64,000 nt of DNA from Tubulanus polymorphus (taxonomy: Eukaryota; Animalia; Nemertea). The position numbers were made by a program, and so were the translations under genes. Location of the stretch: contig NC_134028.1 of NCBI RefSeq assembly GCF_964204645.1, positions 14,453,653 through 14,517,652 of the forward strand, in the 5' to 3' direction. The first letter of the stretch is position 1; every line of letters begins with the position of its first letter. Under the pieces are notes generated by a model, which saw only the letters and a program-made list of their open reading frames with translations, searched no databases and was not told where the DNA came from. Below are positions 48,463-61,605 of the stretch, piece after piece.

Positions 48463-48882
48463 AATTATGATTAGCGCATGCGCATTAAGCAAAAGCGCGC
48501 ATGAATGCGCGGTTTGCCTAATGCGAACACGTTTAGATATTTCATGTCGGTCGTTTCTATTCAGAATGAATATATAATTATGATTAACGCATGCGCATTG
48601 AGCAAAACCGGACCTGAATGCGCGGTTTGCTCAGTTGTATGATTTAGATATTTCATGTCGGTCGTTTCTATTTACATAATGAATATATAATTATGATTAA
48701 CGCATGCGCATTAAGCAAAACCGCGCATGAATGCGCGGTTTGCCTAATGCGAACACGTTTTGATATTTTCTGTGTTCGGTTGTTTCTATTTTACAGAATT
48801 TATAGAATGAATATATAATTATGATTAACGCATGCGCATTAAGCAAAACCGCGCACGAATGCGCGGTTTTGTCCAGTGGTAT
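48463..48882. repeat. Tandem hairpin repeat array (4 units)
   Basis: AATTATGATTA unit starts at 48463, 48576, 48689, 48817. Confidence 0.9.
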
Positions 48883-49011
48883 TATTTATATGTAAAGGAA
48901 TCGAAACAATTTATCAAAAGCAACGAAGAATGATAAAAGATGACGTTGGTCGAAGAAATGGAAGAGGATTCTAAAATATTAACCAATTTAGTAAAAAAAT
49001 ACGTATAATAA

Positions 49012-49686
49012 ATGGAACCAGAACAACCACAAATTATCAATATTACAAATAACACTGGCGTTATAAACATATACTACAAGAAGTGTTCTAAATGTGAATT
49101 AGATAAATCATTAACAGAATTTAGTAAGCGTAAGATTAGCAAAGATGGTTTTCAATATTGCTGTAAAACTTGTACTAAACTATATACCAAACAATATCGA
49201 GAAGATAATAGAGAAGCTTACAATGATTATATGACAGAATATATGAGAGGAAGATATCAAACAGATCTTAATTTTAGATTGAAACAATGCTTAAGGACTA
49301 GATTAACACAATTATTCAACAAAGAAACACATTCAGAAACACTATCTAATCTATTGGGTTGTTCAGATGAATTTCTCAAATCATGGATTATATTTCAATT
49401 CGATGATAAAATGAATATAGATAATTATGGGGATTATTACCATATTGATCACGTGTTACCAATATCTAAATTTAACATGAATGATGAATACAATAAAAAA
49501 CTTATTTGGGGTTGGAAGAATTTAAGACCTTTAGAAAAGAAGGAAAACATAATTAAATCTAATAAACTAGATATGAAATTATATTTAGATCAACTGGATA
49601 AAGCAAAGACATTTGTTGAATTATGGAACAATAATCCAAATAATGAACGATACGTTGAGGAATTTGATATCAAGGATCCGAAATGA
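49012..49686 (+). CDS. HNH endonuclease-like protein, intact
   Basis: Near-identical to 32251-32925. Confidence 0.8.
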   Translation: MEPEQPQIINITNNTGVINIYYKKCSKCELDKSLTEFSKRKISKDGFQYCCKTCTKLYTKQYREDNREAYNDYMTEYMRGRYQTDLNFRLKQCLRTRLTQLFNKETHSETLSNLLGCSDEFLKSWIIFQFDDKMNIDNYGDYYHIDHVLPISKFNMNDEYNKKLIWGWKNLRPLEKKENIIKSNKLDMKLYLDQLDKAKTFVELWNNNPNNERYVEEFDIKDPK

Positions 49687-49964
49687 CTTATCTGGACAGT
49701 TATAACTACTGCTCCTAATAGATAAACAAAAGTAGTGAGATATCAAATAGAATTTAAATAAAATATAATAAAAATTACATACCTTCAACTATCTATTATT
49801 TCTATTTTAATTTTTAATATTTTCTTTTCAAAAAAGAATACTTTATATCACAAATAAAAAATACTAAAAAAACAATATCTTATACTAGAATTCTTTAGCT
49901 TTAACTAGCTAGTATCATTTTATAATACTTATAATATTTTTCTTATTAAATTTCTCTAATATAA

Positions 49965-50567
49965 ATGTCAAAGAAATCTAATAAGAATAGTATTGATATT
50001 GAAAAGACATTAGATGATTTGGGTATAAGTGATAATAAAGATACAGTTGTTTCTAATTCTATTCAAGTTAATAACAATATAGATTATGAATACTATTTAT
50101 ATTGTAAGCATCATCTTGAATTATAAATTGCTGGTGGGAAATCTAAGGAGTTTTTAAATAGAATCATTACTTTTCAAGAACTAGACTCTATGAAACCAGA
50201 TAAAGTAATAAAATATTTTAAGATTTATGAAGAAGCTAGATTGGCTCGAATAAATGATTCTATTTCAGATGGTATTGTCAAATGTTATTCTAAGTTATGT
50301 AACCAGTTAATACCAATTGATGATGAAAATAAATTATATAGTGATTTAAAAAATGACTACTTAGTTATGACTGAATTACAAAAATGGGTTGGATATGCTT
50401 CATTTCAATTAGGATCTGTTATGACATTAATTTCTACTGGTCTCATAACATTTTCGAATATCAAGCCTATGGAATATAAATCAGGTAAGAACGAAACAGA
50501 TGTACTACAACCAAACAGTGAAACAGAAAATGAATCAGAACAAAAATTAACTAAAATAAATGAGTGA
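49965..50567 (+). pseudogene. Conserved hypothetical Polinton protein (in-frame stop)
   Basis: Homolog of 15108-15715. Confidence 0.7.
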
Positions 50568-50931
50568 TGGAGTTAAGAAAAAGGCTAGATCCGAGAAACA
50601 AATTAAATGGGCAAGAGAATTAGGTAAAAGATCTGCGGAATTAAAAAAAGCTAAGAAAAAGAAATTAACTGATATAAATGAATCACAGAAATTATCTGAT
50701 ATTGATTCAAATAATAATCCATCTGATTCTTCTAATGCTGGAAGTAATTATAAATTATATATTACAATTGGATTAGTAACAGTTATTATATTATCCGGTG
50801 TAATATATAAATCAAAGTTCAAATCTGATGATAAATATGATTCCAATGACAATCGGAAACATATTATACCAGAAAATAAGTCAAATCATAAAGCCATTGA
50901 AACTAAATCTAAATTATTATTAATGGATTAA
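50560..50931 (+). CDS. Basic N-terminus single-TM protein
   Basis: Homolog of 31004-31375. Confidence 0.7.
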   Translation: MSDGVKKKARSEKQIKWARELGKRSAELKKAKKKKLTDINESQKLSDIDSNNNPSDSSNAGSNYKLYITIGLVTVIILSGVIYKSKFKSDDKYDSNDNRKHIIPENKSNHKAIETKSKLLLMD

Positions 50932-50937
50932 AATAGA

Positions 50938-51878
50938 ATGAAAAAAGAACAATATCTAAGAGATTTATATTATAACCCAGAGAGTGAAGTATCATATTTT
51001 AGTATTTCAGAATTATGGAATAAAATTAAATCTGATAAGGAAAATGGTGGTATAAAATATAGCGAATTAAAATCATGGTTACAAAATCAACCAACATATC
51101 AAATACACAAGAAAATGGATAAAACTTATTTAACGAGAAAAGTTATGATACGCATGGTCAATTCCAATCAAAAATTAAACTGGTATAGAAGTAACAAATG
51201 CTTTTAAATCTATATTTAAAGAAGCTATTCCAGATAAGATACAATTTGATGAAGGTAAGGAATTTTATAACAAACATTTCAAAAAACTATTATCTGATAA
51301 CGATGTAGATTATTTTTCAACACATTCAGGTAAAAAAGCATCTATTATAGAAAGATTTAATAAAACATTGAAAACTAGAATGTGGAAATATTTTACTGCT
51401 AATGAAACATATAAATATATCGATGTCTTAGATGATTTAGTGAAAGGTTATAATAATTCTAAACATAGTTCTATAAATATGAAACCTATACAAGCTAGAA
51501 AAGAAGATAATTCAGAAATAGTTTGGAATAATTTATATGGTGCGTTTGTTACACATGATTTTGGAGAACCTAAATTTAAAATTGGACAACACGTAAGAAT
51601 ATCTAAATATAGAAAAACCTTTTATAAAGGTTATACCCCAAATTTTACAGAAGAAATATTTGTTTATAAATTAGAAGATCTAAAAGATGAAGAAATATTA
51701 GGTTATTTCTATGAACAAGAATTATCACTTGTACCAAATCCAGATGAAATAGATAGAAAAAGTATTGAAAACAAAAACTCTTAAAGGAAAAAAGTATTCT
51801 TTGGTGAAATATAAAGGATATGATGATAAATTTAATGAATGGATTTTATCTAGTAAAATTAAAAGAATAAATGAATAA
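50938..51878 (+). pseudogene. int: rve integrase with internal deletions
   Basis: First catalytic Asp region deleted at ~51147; remainder homologous to 16084-17175. Confidence 0.9.
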
Positions 51879-52391
51879 AGATTTATTTATATTTGAACCG
51901 CATAATATGTTAATAACTGGAGTAACCAATTGTGGTAAAACACATTTCATATTAGACTTGTTAGAAACTATTTATAAGAATCATTTTGATAATATAATAT
52001 TATTCTGTCCTACTTATGAAATGAATAAAACATATAATAGAGATATAGTTAAGATGAAAAAGTTTATTATATTAAATCCTAAAACAGTAAAAGAAAATTT
52101 AGATAATTGTATTAAAATAGCAATTGATACTTATAAAGGATCAAATACATTATTCATTATAGATGATTGCGCAAATTTACATGATTCAAAAGTTAGAGAA
52201 AGTGAGTTATGTTATTTGGCTTTCTCTGGGAGACATTTTGGAATAACAACATGGGTTTTAAATCAAAAATATAATTCAATTGTTAAAGACTTTAGGGAGA
52301 ATATAAGATTTCTAGTTTTATTTTATAACAAAGATAAAAAATCTATGCAACAATCATTGGAAGAAAATCAAATTATACCTACTGAATTACA
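51871..52391 (+). pseudogene. Packaging ATPase, 3'-truncated
   Basis: GVTNCGKT; diverges after IIPTEL. Confidence 0.9.
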
Positions 52392-54388
52392 GGGATGGTT
52401 TCATCCCAACTGGGAAAAGTGATTTGAAACATTATCTTGTAGCAGGAGGGTTAATATTGGCTGCGCTTTGCTTGTACTATGAGAATATTAGAAAGGATTT
52501 GATGAATGAAAATAATAAATTGAGTAAGAAGTTAAAGAAGTTAAATGGAAACAATCACAGAAATAAAAAGAATAAAAAAGTTAATTTAGAAAATGATATT
52601 GAGGATTAAAACAGCGCCTTTTAATTTAATTCATTCTATATATCTTAACTATAAAAATGAGTGAAAATAAGGTATTAGAAATATTACATCTAATATATAA
52701 TAGACCGCTTTTGCTTCTGCTCATGCGCCAATTACATAATTTATTCTGTAAACTACGACATTCAAACATAGAACAGTAACCGATCAATACAGAACAGCCG
52801 TCGCCATCAACAACGGCCGAACGACTAATGTACGCACATCTGCAATTCCGGCATATATAATACAACATGATGAAACAGCTTCAGTCTCTTGAGTTGAAAT
52901 ATCTATAATTTCGGACTCCATATCCATCCATCTTCACCTTCTTGATTCAATGGTCTTCATTTTGTTATCTAAAAGATATCTAGCGTAGAACAATAATTAA
53001 CTTGAAGTTGAACCAGGTTTATACTAAAATTTAGCTTGTATCTCACTTCATTACAACGCGTAGTACTCCAAACTCAGAGTGATATTGTTAAATATAGATT
53101 GATAAACTTGAACTTATTTAAAGTAATCCCTTTCGGATGTCTTATACTCACTGCGTTGTTGTGAAAATGAATTACTGTACTTAAATATGTTAAAAGGTTT
53201 CATATTTAGTAACCCCTTTTCCCTACTTCATAATATATGTACTTACATTTAGATTTAGACCCGTAAACTGTAAACTGTAAACTCCTCATTGCGTTTCGAG
53301 AGAGAATATCCTGTGAGTTCTGTATATACCATCTATTCAGTTCGGGCGCGCCTTCCAGAATGATCTAATGCGTCTGCGGTTTATTATGACTCAACATCGA
53401 GGCCTTGTCTGGTGTCATGGAAACGCTTGACAGCTGTGAATTTATAGGCTTAATGAAATTAATTCTTTACAATTGAAATGTAATAGATGTTTTAGTAAAC
53501 AAGAGCTATGTATTATATACATACAAGGCTCAAATAGAGTTGTCGGTTTTCTAACCACTGATTAAAACCTCAGAATGCGGTTGATTCTGCGAGCTACTAT
53601 TCCATAATTCAACAAAAGTCTTTGCTTTAACCAGTTGATCTAAATATAACATTAAATCTAGTTTATTAGATTTATTTATATTTTCCTTCTTTTCTAAAGG
53701 TCTTAAATTTCTCCAGCTCCAGATTAGCTTCTAATTATAATCATCACTCATGTCAAATTTAGAAATCGGCAACACGTGTTTAATATGAAAGTATTCACCA
53801 TAATTATCTATATTCATTTTATCATCGAATTGATATATTATCCATGATTTGAGAAATCCATCTGAACAACCTAACAAATTAGATAGTGTTTCTGAATGTG
53901 TTTCTTTGTTGAATAACTGTGTTAATCTAGACCTTAAACATTGTTTCATTTTAAAATTAAGATCTGTTTTATATTTTTCTCTCTCATATATTCTGTCATA
54001 TAATCATTATAAGCTTCTCTATTATCTGCTCGATATTGCTTAGTATATAATTTAATACAAGTTTTGCAGCAATATTGAAAACCATCGTTGCTAATCTTAC
54101 GCTTACTAAATTCTGTTATAGCTAATCTATCTAATTCACATTTAGAACACTTTTATAGTATATATTTATAACACCAGTGTTATTTGTAATATTGATAGTT
54201 TGTGATTGTTCTGGTTCCATTTTAATATCAAATTTTTTTACTAAATTGATTTTAGAAGTTATTCATTTATATGTTATTCATATAGGGAATATGGTGGTTC
54301 ATATCAAAGGTTGAAGGGGCGAGTGAGTAAAAATGAAAAAATGAATTCGAGCGTGCGAGAATTTATTTTTTCATTTTTTATGAGCTCG
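52392..54388 (-). mobile_element. Divergent Polinton left-end fragment E5
   Basis: Shortened type A palindrome (54282-54388), HNH pseudogene, spliced-cassette homolog. Confidence 0.75.
53560..54220 (-). pseudogene. HNH endonuclease-like pseudogene
   Basis: MEPEQSQTINITNNTG start at 54220; frameshifts and stops. Confidence 0.8.
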
Positions 54389-56782
54389 GTAAATAGTCCT
54401 TTTTTATCTAGTGTTGTGATTCTCAGTAAATTGTGATTTTATATATCTACCCTTGTTTACAACATTATTTACTATATTTCAGCCCCAAGATAACAATTAT
54501 GTGTTACTGTCAATTATTCATACCAAACCTTTTGCATGACTGCAATTACTACATTCAGCATGTCTATGTATGTAACTAAATTAATCCAATGTCAACAAAT
54601 TAATAAAGGTAAATATTCTTATGTAATCAAAAATTTCGCAATTTTCACTGGCTTGTGCTTATATATCCATTATCTTTTATATCAATTTAACAATTATTCA
54701 TTATATTTCAGTCAAAGGAGAACAAGTTATGTGATTCCATAAATTATTCACATAAAACCATCTTAGTCAAACATGACAATTCATATCCATCTGTGAGCTA
54801 TATGAATACAATGTCAACAAACTAATAAATGTAAATAACCTTATCTAATCCTAAATGTTGATAATTTTTACTTTATTGTATGTTTCATATATCTACATAT
54901 CTATCAGCAAAGTACAATTTCTTATTGCTTTCACCATATATTTTGCAGTATAAATCATAATGGCTTCATACTATGCTCCTATGACCCAGGTGCACAAATA
55001 AGTTTCACCACTGCATTCATAAACAGACATGTTTTACCAAAGTTTGACTCATGTTAATAGACTATAATTCAGGTAATTTCAATTGTTTACTTTATTTTTT
55101 ATTAATATGCAATTGTACATATGAATGTTTTCCCTATCATTGCACTATATTTGCAGAATCCACAATTTATATATAAGTACCAATAGTCATTTGCCTGAAT
55201 CGACTTCAAATCAGGTATGTTGTCACAATTTATTCTTGAATTAATTTTCTTTCAATACAACCTTCAATACATAAATAACACTTCAAAATGAATTTTTGTA
55301 TTTAACTGATGATTCTTCTTTTTTACAGCAATACAGCAATATAATTTTTAAAAAGGCTACTTCATCTTCCGTAATGAGTTTGATATTCTCCAATCCTTGG
55401 ATTTTTTATACAATTCTATTACAATAATAGTGAATGTTGTGTAACAAAATTGGCTAAATGCAAAGTGTCTTTCAGTCATCAATCTGGGTCAATGTGCATA
55501 TTCCATGGACACGTATAGGCCTTCTTTTGGCCCTCTAATCAGAATTTCAGTTACACTATAAAACTATTTCATTTTATTACTTCTACTAATTATAACCATT
55601 TTTACACAAAATTCTTATTGTTCAAAAGTATCACATGTTTCCAGTACATTTATCTTTTCAACAAGCTTATTATGTAAACTGCTATTACTTTCGCCAAATA
55701 TAATATATCCACTATTGACAAAAAAGTTGCCATAGCAATGTATCTTAATTTTTCTTTGTGAAACTAACCCACCTGATTTGTATAGATCTTATGACAATAA
55801 TAGCTATGAACATTTGAAAATTTGTCTGTTATTACAACAAACTTTGTCAATGTGTTGCTATGGAAACTGTTTTATTGATTTCACATTTTCCTCGGAGGCT
55901 TCAGTTGCACTATACCCTTCTTTGTATAAACAGGCCCTAATGTTTAAAAAAACAAATTTTATACGTATTACCCATTAATAATTAATCCACAAACGCACAA
56001 TTAAGAAATTAAAAGACACTTCTATGTTATTCTGATATTATTATATATATTATAGTATTATAATATTAATAAATATCTCATTTTATAGATGTAACTTAAA
56101 TGACTTTCTTATTTAAATTTTCTTATTGTTTATATCAACTTGGAAATGTCACATGTATCTTTCTTGATACTGGAACCCCATCCATACTATAAGCTTTTAT
56201 CTACACCGAATGTTAGCACACTACCCAAACTATTTCTACTATATCGCCCTACACTGCTGCCACATATCGGTGGCAAAATTTATCAGTTTTATTCACAAAC
56301 ATTGAGCGATGGTTATGAAGGGGCCATCTCAGGTATATTTTAACCTTTCTATTCGTTGCCACTCAACGAATACTTCTCAACTTCAACGTTATCAAAATCA
56401 TAAACGTTCAATGATGCTTGAAATCCAAACGATTTACAATCATTGTAAACGTTTACCGTCAATAAATCCTACTTTGAATTGTGTCCCTTTGCCATGCGGT
56501 GACGGTCCCTATGAGCCTATCTCGCCCACCACCGCATTGATAGACGCCATTTTGTCAGTACCATCGAAGTCGTCATCGGACATATAATTGGTTAGTACGA
56601 CTTCACAATTTATTTGTTAAGGGTAATGTCATCGTATATGATTGAAATTAAATACAACTATGGTGTCAATCTTGTTAATCCCCTCGTTATTTTTCTACAG
56701 ACACTGCATTATCGTTTTAACAATACCAACAAACAACGCTGCCCGTCGCGTCGCACGTGTAAGTAAGTATCGGCAATGTTGT

Positions 56783-57390
56783 GGCGCTATTGCACTTCGT
56801 ACCCCCCTCCCAAAAATTTTATTTCCGTATATTATTAATCAGGGAGGTCTGTAGAGTCAAGATTAATTACTTTTGACAAAAAAAAATAATTTTTTCCAAG
56901 CCAAATTCTGATAATTTGGGGCCGATTCAAACGACGACGGGTCGGCCATGTTTCCGCACTTATTACCACAGAAAGTCTATATCTCCATAAATTGAATTGA
57001 ATTGACAAAACCTCGTTTTTGGGCATATAACTTCTTATATCAGAACATCTTTAAATCAATAGCTAAGTATGAAATGCAAACATACGCGTCATTTTCAGAG
57101 ATGCTTATGTTTGAAAACATGGTTTTTGCAAAGTTTTAATGTCATGACATTTCAGTAGAGGGTTAGAAACTTTGATTGAATATCGATGATTGAATTTGAT
57201 CCAATATGACGTTGTTGACGTATCAACGAATTTACACGCGATTTAGGGCCCAAAATAACACATTTTTTAACCTAGAAATAGTAAGTTTTTTGGGTCAAAA
57301 CTTACTGATTTTGAATCCCTAGACCTCCCTTATAATAAATACGCTGCAATAAAAAAATTTTGGGAGGGGGTACGAAAGTGCAATAGCGCC
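56783..57390. mobile_element. Mutator-like MITE (608 bp)
   Basis: Long imperfect TIRs GGCGCTATTGCACTT / AAGTGCAATAGCGCC; 9-bp TSD CAATGTTGT at 56774-56782 and 57391-57399. Confidence 0.9.
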
Positions 57391-57875
57391 CAATGTTGTT
57401 GTAATACTCCCACTCTTGCACATTCCTACCCCCCTCCCGAAAATGTTTATTTCTGTATATTTGTCACTACGAACATCAATAAATTCACCCTCTATGGAGC
57501 GAATGCAGTTTAGGTGTCCCTAATGGTTATGTACCTAACCTAACCTTTACACTCTTTAATGACACTAGCGCCACACAGTGGAAAGGTGACCTTTACTGCA
57601 GTTAGACCATCAACAATTCAATCAAACTGTATGTTTCTGCTTCTCCTTATTCATGTTAATTACCATACGCACAATCATTCCCTATACACCAGTTCAACTG
57701 TGCTTGCATCCTAATAATCTGAATCTACTGTAATACCACAGTTCTATGTAGTGTATTCTGTATAAGACACAATTTTCTACCCACATTGTTGCTTTCATCT
57801 AAAATACCTGCAATCATCCCCAAAATGTATAGATGCATATATCGTATGAAATCATCAACCACTTTTTCAGGTACA

Positions 57876-59467
57876 ATGTCATCTGCCGAAGGTTATGTCC
57901 ATGCTGCTAGCCCCGTGAAAAACTCAGCTTCAAATCGAAAATATTTCAACTGTGTACTACAAACAGCCCGAGACACATATAGTGACACTGTTTTCTTCCT
58001 GGAAGAACCATTTCAGACAATTAAATCAGCAAAATTGAAAAAAAAACTCCTATTAAATTAGACAATATAACTATGAAGCTTGAGTATAGAAACCCCTCTG
58101 AGAAAGATGTTGAATTTGGCCTTTCATCAAAAGTTAAATCCGTTGCGAAAGACCTCAGTTTTCAATACAAAGCTCCGCCAACTGATACACACTTAACATT
58201 GAAAGATGTCAAAGATCGCAATTCCAACCAAGTGGCGAGTATATTCCACCTTTAAAATTACTCTTTTTATAGCCTACTTGAACCAGAAAAACGTTATGCT
58301 TTGTAAACCACTTGTGTTATATGTTAATAATTTTTAAACCAAGATGCATTCACCCGACCCCCCCCCCCCCCATCACCTGAAGTGGCATATATAACATTTA
58401 GTGCAAATCCTGACTATTTTTGTGCAATATACTTTATCTGCACTACAGGTGTACATATTTTTTTATCAATTCTGACAAATCTCAAAATCATATTCCTTCT
58501 ATATGATCTACACGTTATTAACTGACCTTCTTCATTGTCATATGCAGACAAACTACAAGATGTCAAACCCTAGAATTTATGCTTCCCCCAAATAGTGTCT
58601 ACATGACACTCCACTGACACCCCCATTGTATAATTCTGTAACCAATATAACATTTTGTTCTCAAAATGTGAATTTCATTTGCCTCAAAATTGTTTTGATT
58701 TGACATTCATAGATATATTTCAAATTTCCTATTTCATTTTATATCACATGCAACATTAATGATTACCTATTTCACCGCGTAGGTTACAGTCAAAGCTTAA
58801 GTTCTTGGATCATATTCTGGAGTCAAACGTCAAGCAGTACGAGGCCAAATCTTAGAAAAACAAGTCTTCTTAATCACTGATACAACTGGCACAATCCAGC
58901 TAACAGTATGGGGTGACTTGTGACAAGGATCACTCGTATGAATTCAAAAATGAGTCCATCAAATTTTTTGATGAGAAATTACTTTCCACAACTCGTACCA
59001 CCACTTTGTCAAAAATCAAAGATCTCACGGATGTTCGATTTGATATGTCAATGTTGAATGAAGAAGTAACAACAGGCGAAATAACCGAAATCAAAATTAA
59101 TCAATCATTTGCTTGCAGTTCGTGCAGACGTCCAACAAATAAAAGTACTAATGAATTTACACGATGTACGCACTGTGGAATGAAACAAAAATCTACAAGA
59201 CTATCACCCAGAATTGTGGCAAATGCAACCATCCTCGGTAAAAGAGTCAACATTTATTTAGCTGTGCTAGGTGAATTTCTCAAATCCAATAACAAATTGT
59301 CTCTCCTACAAAACATTGATAACTTGGAAGACTATTTGCTCTCTGTAGGAATTGTAAATGCATATCTATCAGGTACCACTGTCATTGTTCTATCTCTTCC
59401 ACAAAAGATGACAACACGTGACAAAGGTAATGAAAAACCAAACAACAATCCTACATTAACTAAGTAA
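57876..59467 (+). pseudogene. RPA70-like multi-OB-fold/zinc-ribbon gene, spliced, disrupted
   Basis: EGYVHAASPVK...KYFNCVLQT; ITDTTGTIQLTVWG; CSSC...CTHC; probable intron ~58232-58782; frameshift and stop. Confidence 0.6.
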
Positions 59468-59479
59468 TTATTCATTGTT

Positions 59480-60270
59480 CACCATACTCCTTTGGCCAAA
59501 ATGCTTGCTTGTGAATCAATACTGTGACATGTAATTCCCATACCTGCTGAAAAATTATATTTTTTTGTGTCATCAAATGGAACTCAATACATTTTTGTTG
59601 CTGTGTCATTTCATCTAAACTGAAGAACATTTTACTAATTCAATTATTAATCTTATTTCACACAACTATGGCGTTATTATATTTTGTGAAACATCAAATG
59701 CAACTCAAAACAAAATACATTTTTGTTGCCATGTAATTATTCCATGTATGCTAATGTCTGACTTGAAACAATTGGTATATGTTCACATTTTTCCTGAATC
59801 TGCAATCCACATTTGTACCATTTTACTGATTCTATTCCTCTTATTACACATACCTATACTGTCAATATATTTTATGTACCATCAAATGCAACTCAAAAGA
59901 TTTTTGTTGCTGTGTAACTCCACCTATGCTAATGAACATTTTTCTGATTCTATTTCTCATATTGCACATACCTATAATGTCATGATATTCTATGTAACAT
60001 CAAATGCAACTCAATACATTTTTGTTGCAGCGTGATTCCATCTATGGTGATGACCATTTTAGTTATTCTATATTTCATTATTCACACAACTATAGTGATC
60101 TTATATTTTATGTATCAAATGCAACTCAATACATTTTTGTTGCGGTGTAATTTCGTCAATGGTTATTCCCATTTTACAAATTCTAATTTTCTTTATTCAC
60201 ACAACTGTACTGATATTATATTTTATGTATCAAATGCATCTCAATACATTATGTTGCTGTAAAATTCCAT
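59480..60270. repeat. Degenerate tandem repeat (~120-180 bp units)
   Basis: Recurring CATCAAATGCAACTCAATACATTTTTGTTGC. Confidence 0.75.
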
Positions 60271-61537
60271 CTATGCTAATGTCTCTTAAAACTATTGTTA
60301 TCTGTTTACATTTGATTTATAACTGTCATCTGTGGAGAAATTTTTTTACAAGCATACATCTTTTTTCGATTGTTGTAACTTATCAACATATTTTTCTGTT
60401 TTCAACACCCTGCCATTAAACCCAATATTAGCTGCTAAATGCACAGCTTAGATAATGTCATTTATGCACATCAAGTACATGTATCACTAACCTGCGCACT
60501 CATTCTACTGTGACATATTTTGTACCATTACTCGACACAAGTTATCTCTATAAAAAGGATTGTTATCTATTCATGTGATTGATATTCACATGATTTTTCC
60601 CAAGTATTTGCTGCACACATAAATAATATTCTTTATGTAATATTGCCATTGTCTCAAAATATTTTTGATTACTCATAGTTATTTGTCATTATTATTTAAT
60701 TTTTATTCAAAAGCAACTTGTATACATTTTTGTTGCTGTGTAATTCCAACTATACTGGTCAATGACATCAAAGTTTTAGTTTCTGTTCACTTGTTTGACT
60801 TCTATTTAATACAGGTATTCTTATAAATACACTATGCATTTTCAATTTGTACTTACCATAATAGTTTATTTTTCATAAATTAAATTTATATTTTAATTAA
60901 ATAATTTCCAAATCTTTTCTATGCCCTCTGCAACAATAAACTTACCAAGGACTATTACATATTCAGTTGCACGTTGATAACTGATATCTATCGTCCCTTC
61001 AAATAATTCTATGAACATTATTACTGAAAATGCCGGTGGCTCACAATCAAGGGCGGATCTAAAGGGAGACAATGACAGGAGCACAGGCAATTCATAAGAG
61101 AAGGCAGTATCCATGACAGGCGAGCGCCGGAGGCGCGAAGCGTTCGCAGGGGGCCTCCCCCAGAAAATTTTTGAATTTCAACCCGTTTTGATGCAATTTC
61201 CAGGCACCTGAGACACAAAAATGACATTCTGCAACAATTCTTTAAGAGATGAGAATTTATTTATATTGAAACAACTAATCAAGCTGACAAGTCGATCCCG
61301 TAACCAATGTTACAGACGGGTAATCTACTCGACTCCACAGACAACTATACGACCCCGAGTAACCCCTGTTACCCCTGTATTTGTCTATTACAATAAATTA
61401 TGTTATGTTAAACCGTATTGGTGTGACTTGACACATTAAATGCGTATCCCGCATTGATATATTTCTATTATCCACTTTTCAAATAATTAATAGCACGCCT
61501 GCTCAGAAAACCCGTTATCGCTGCCTTGCAGCTATAT

Positions 61538-61605
61538 TTATTATTATTATTAGGGTTTCTGCTGCCTCGGCAGAAACCCTATTGTATTCCTGCGGATTAT
61601 TATTT
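61538..61605. mobile_element. Probable Helentron/DINE-like non-autonomous element end
   Basis: (TTA)n followed by hairpin TAGGGTTTCTGCTG-CCT-CGGCAGAAACCCTA and TTGT. Confidence 0.4.

Larger units (their letters stand above)
46936..52391 (+). mobile_element. Polinton E4, left half only (ends inside ATPase)
   Basis: AGT terminus with palindrome; gene order same as E3; no matching right end or TSD (would be CATGGA) in window. Confidence 0.9.

Noticed and set aside
48463-48882. CRISPR-like array
   Set aside because: Units are whole tandem duplicates with related, non-unique spacers; eukaryotic context and no cas genes
59748-60419. Hydrophobic ORFs
   Set aside because: Translations of a degenerate tandem repeat
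61050-61215. GC-rich GCGAGCGCCGGAGGCGCGAAGC segment
   Set aside because: Resembles common invertebrate non-autonomous repeat fragments; boundaries and TSD not definable
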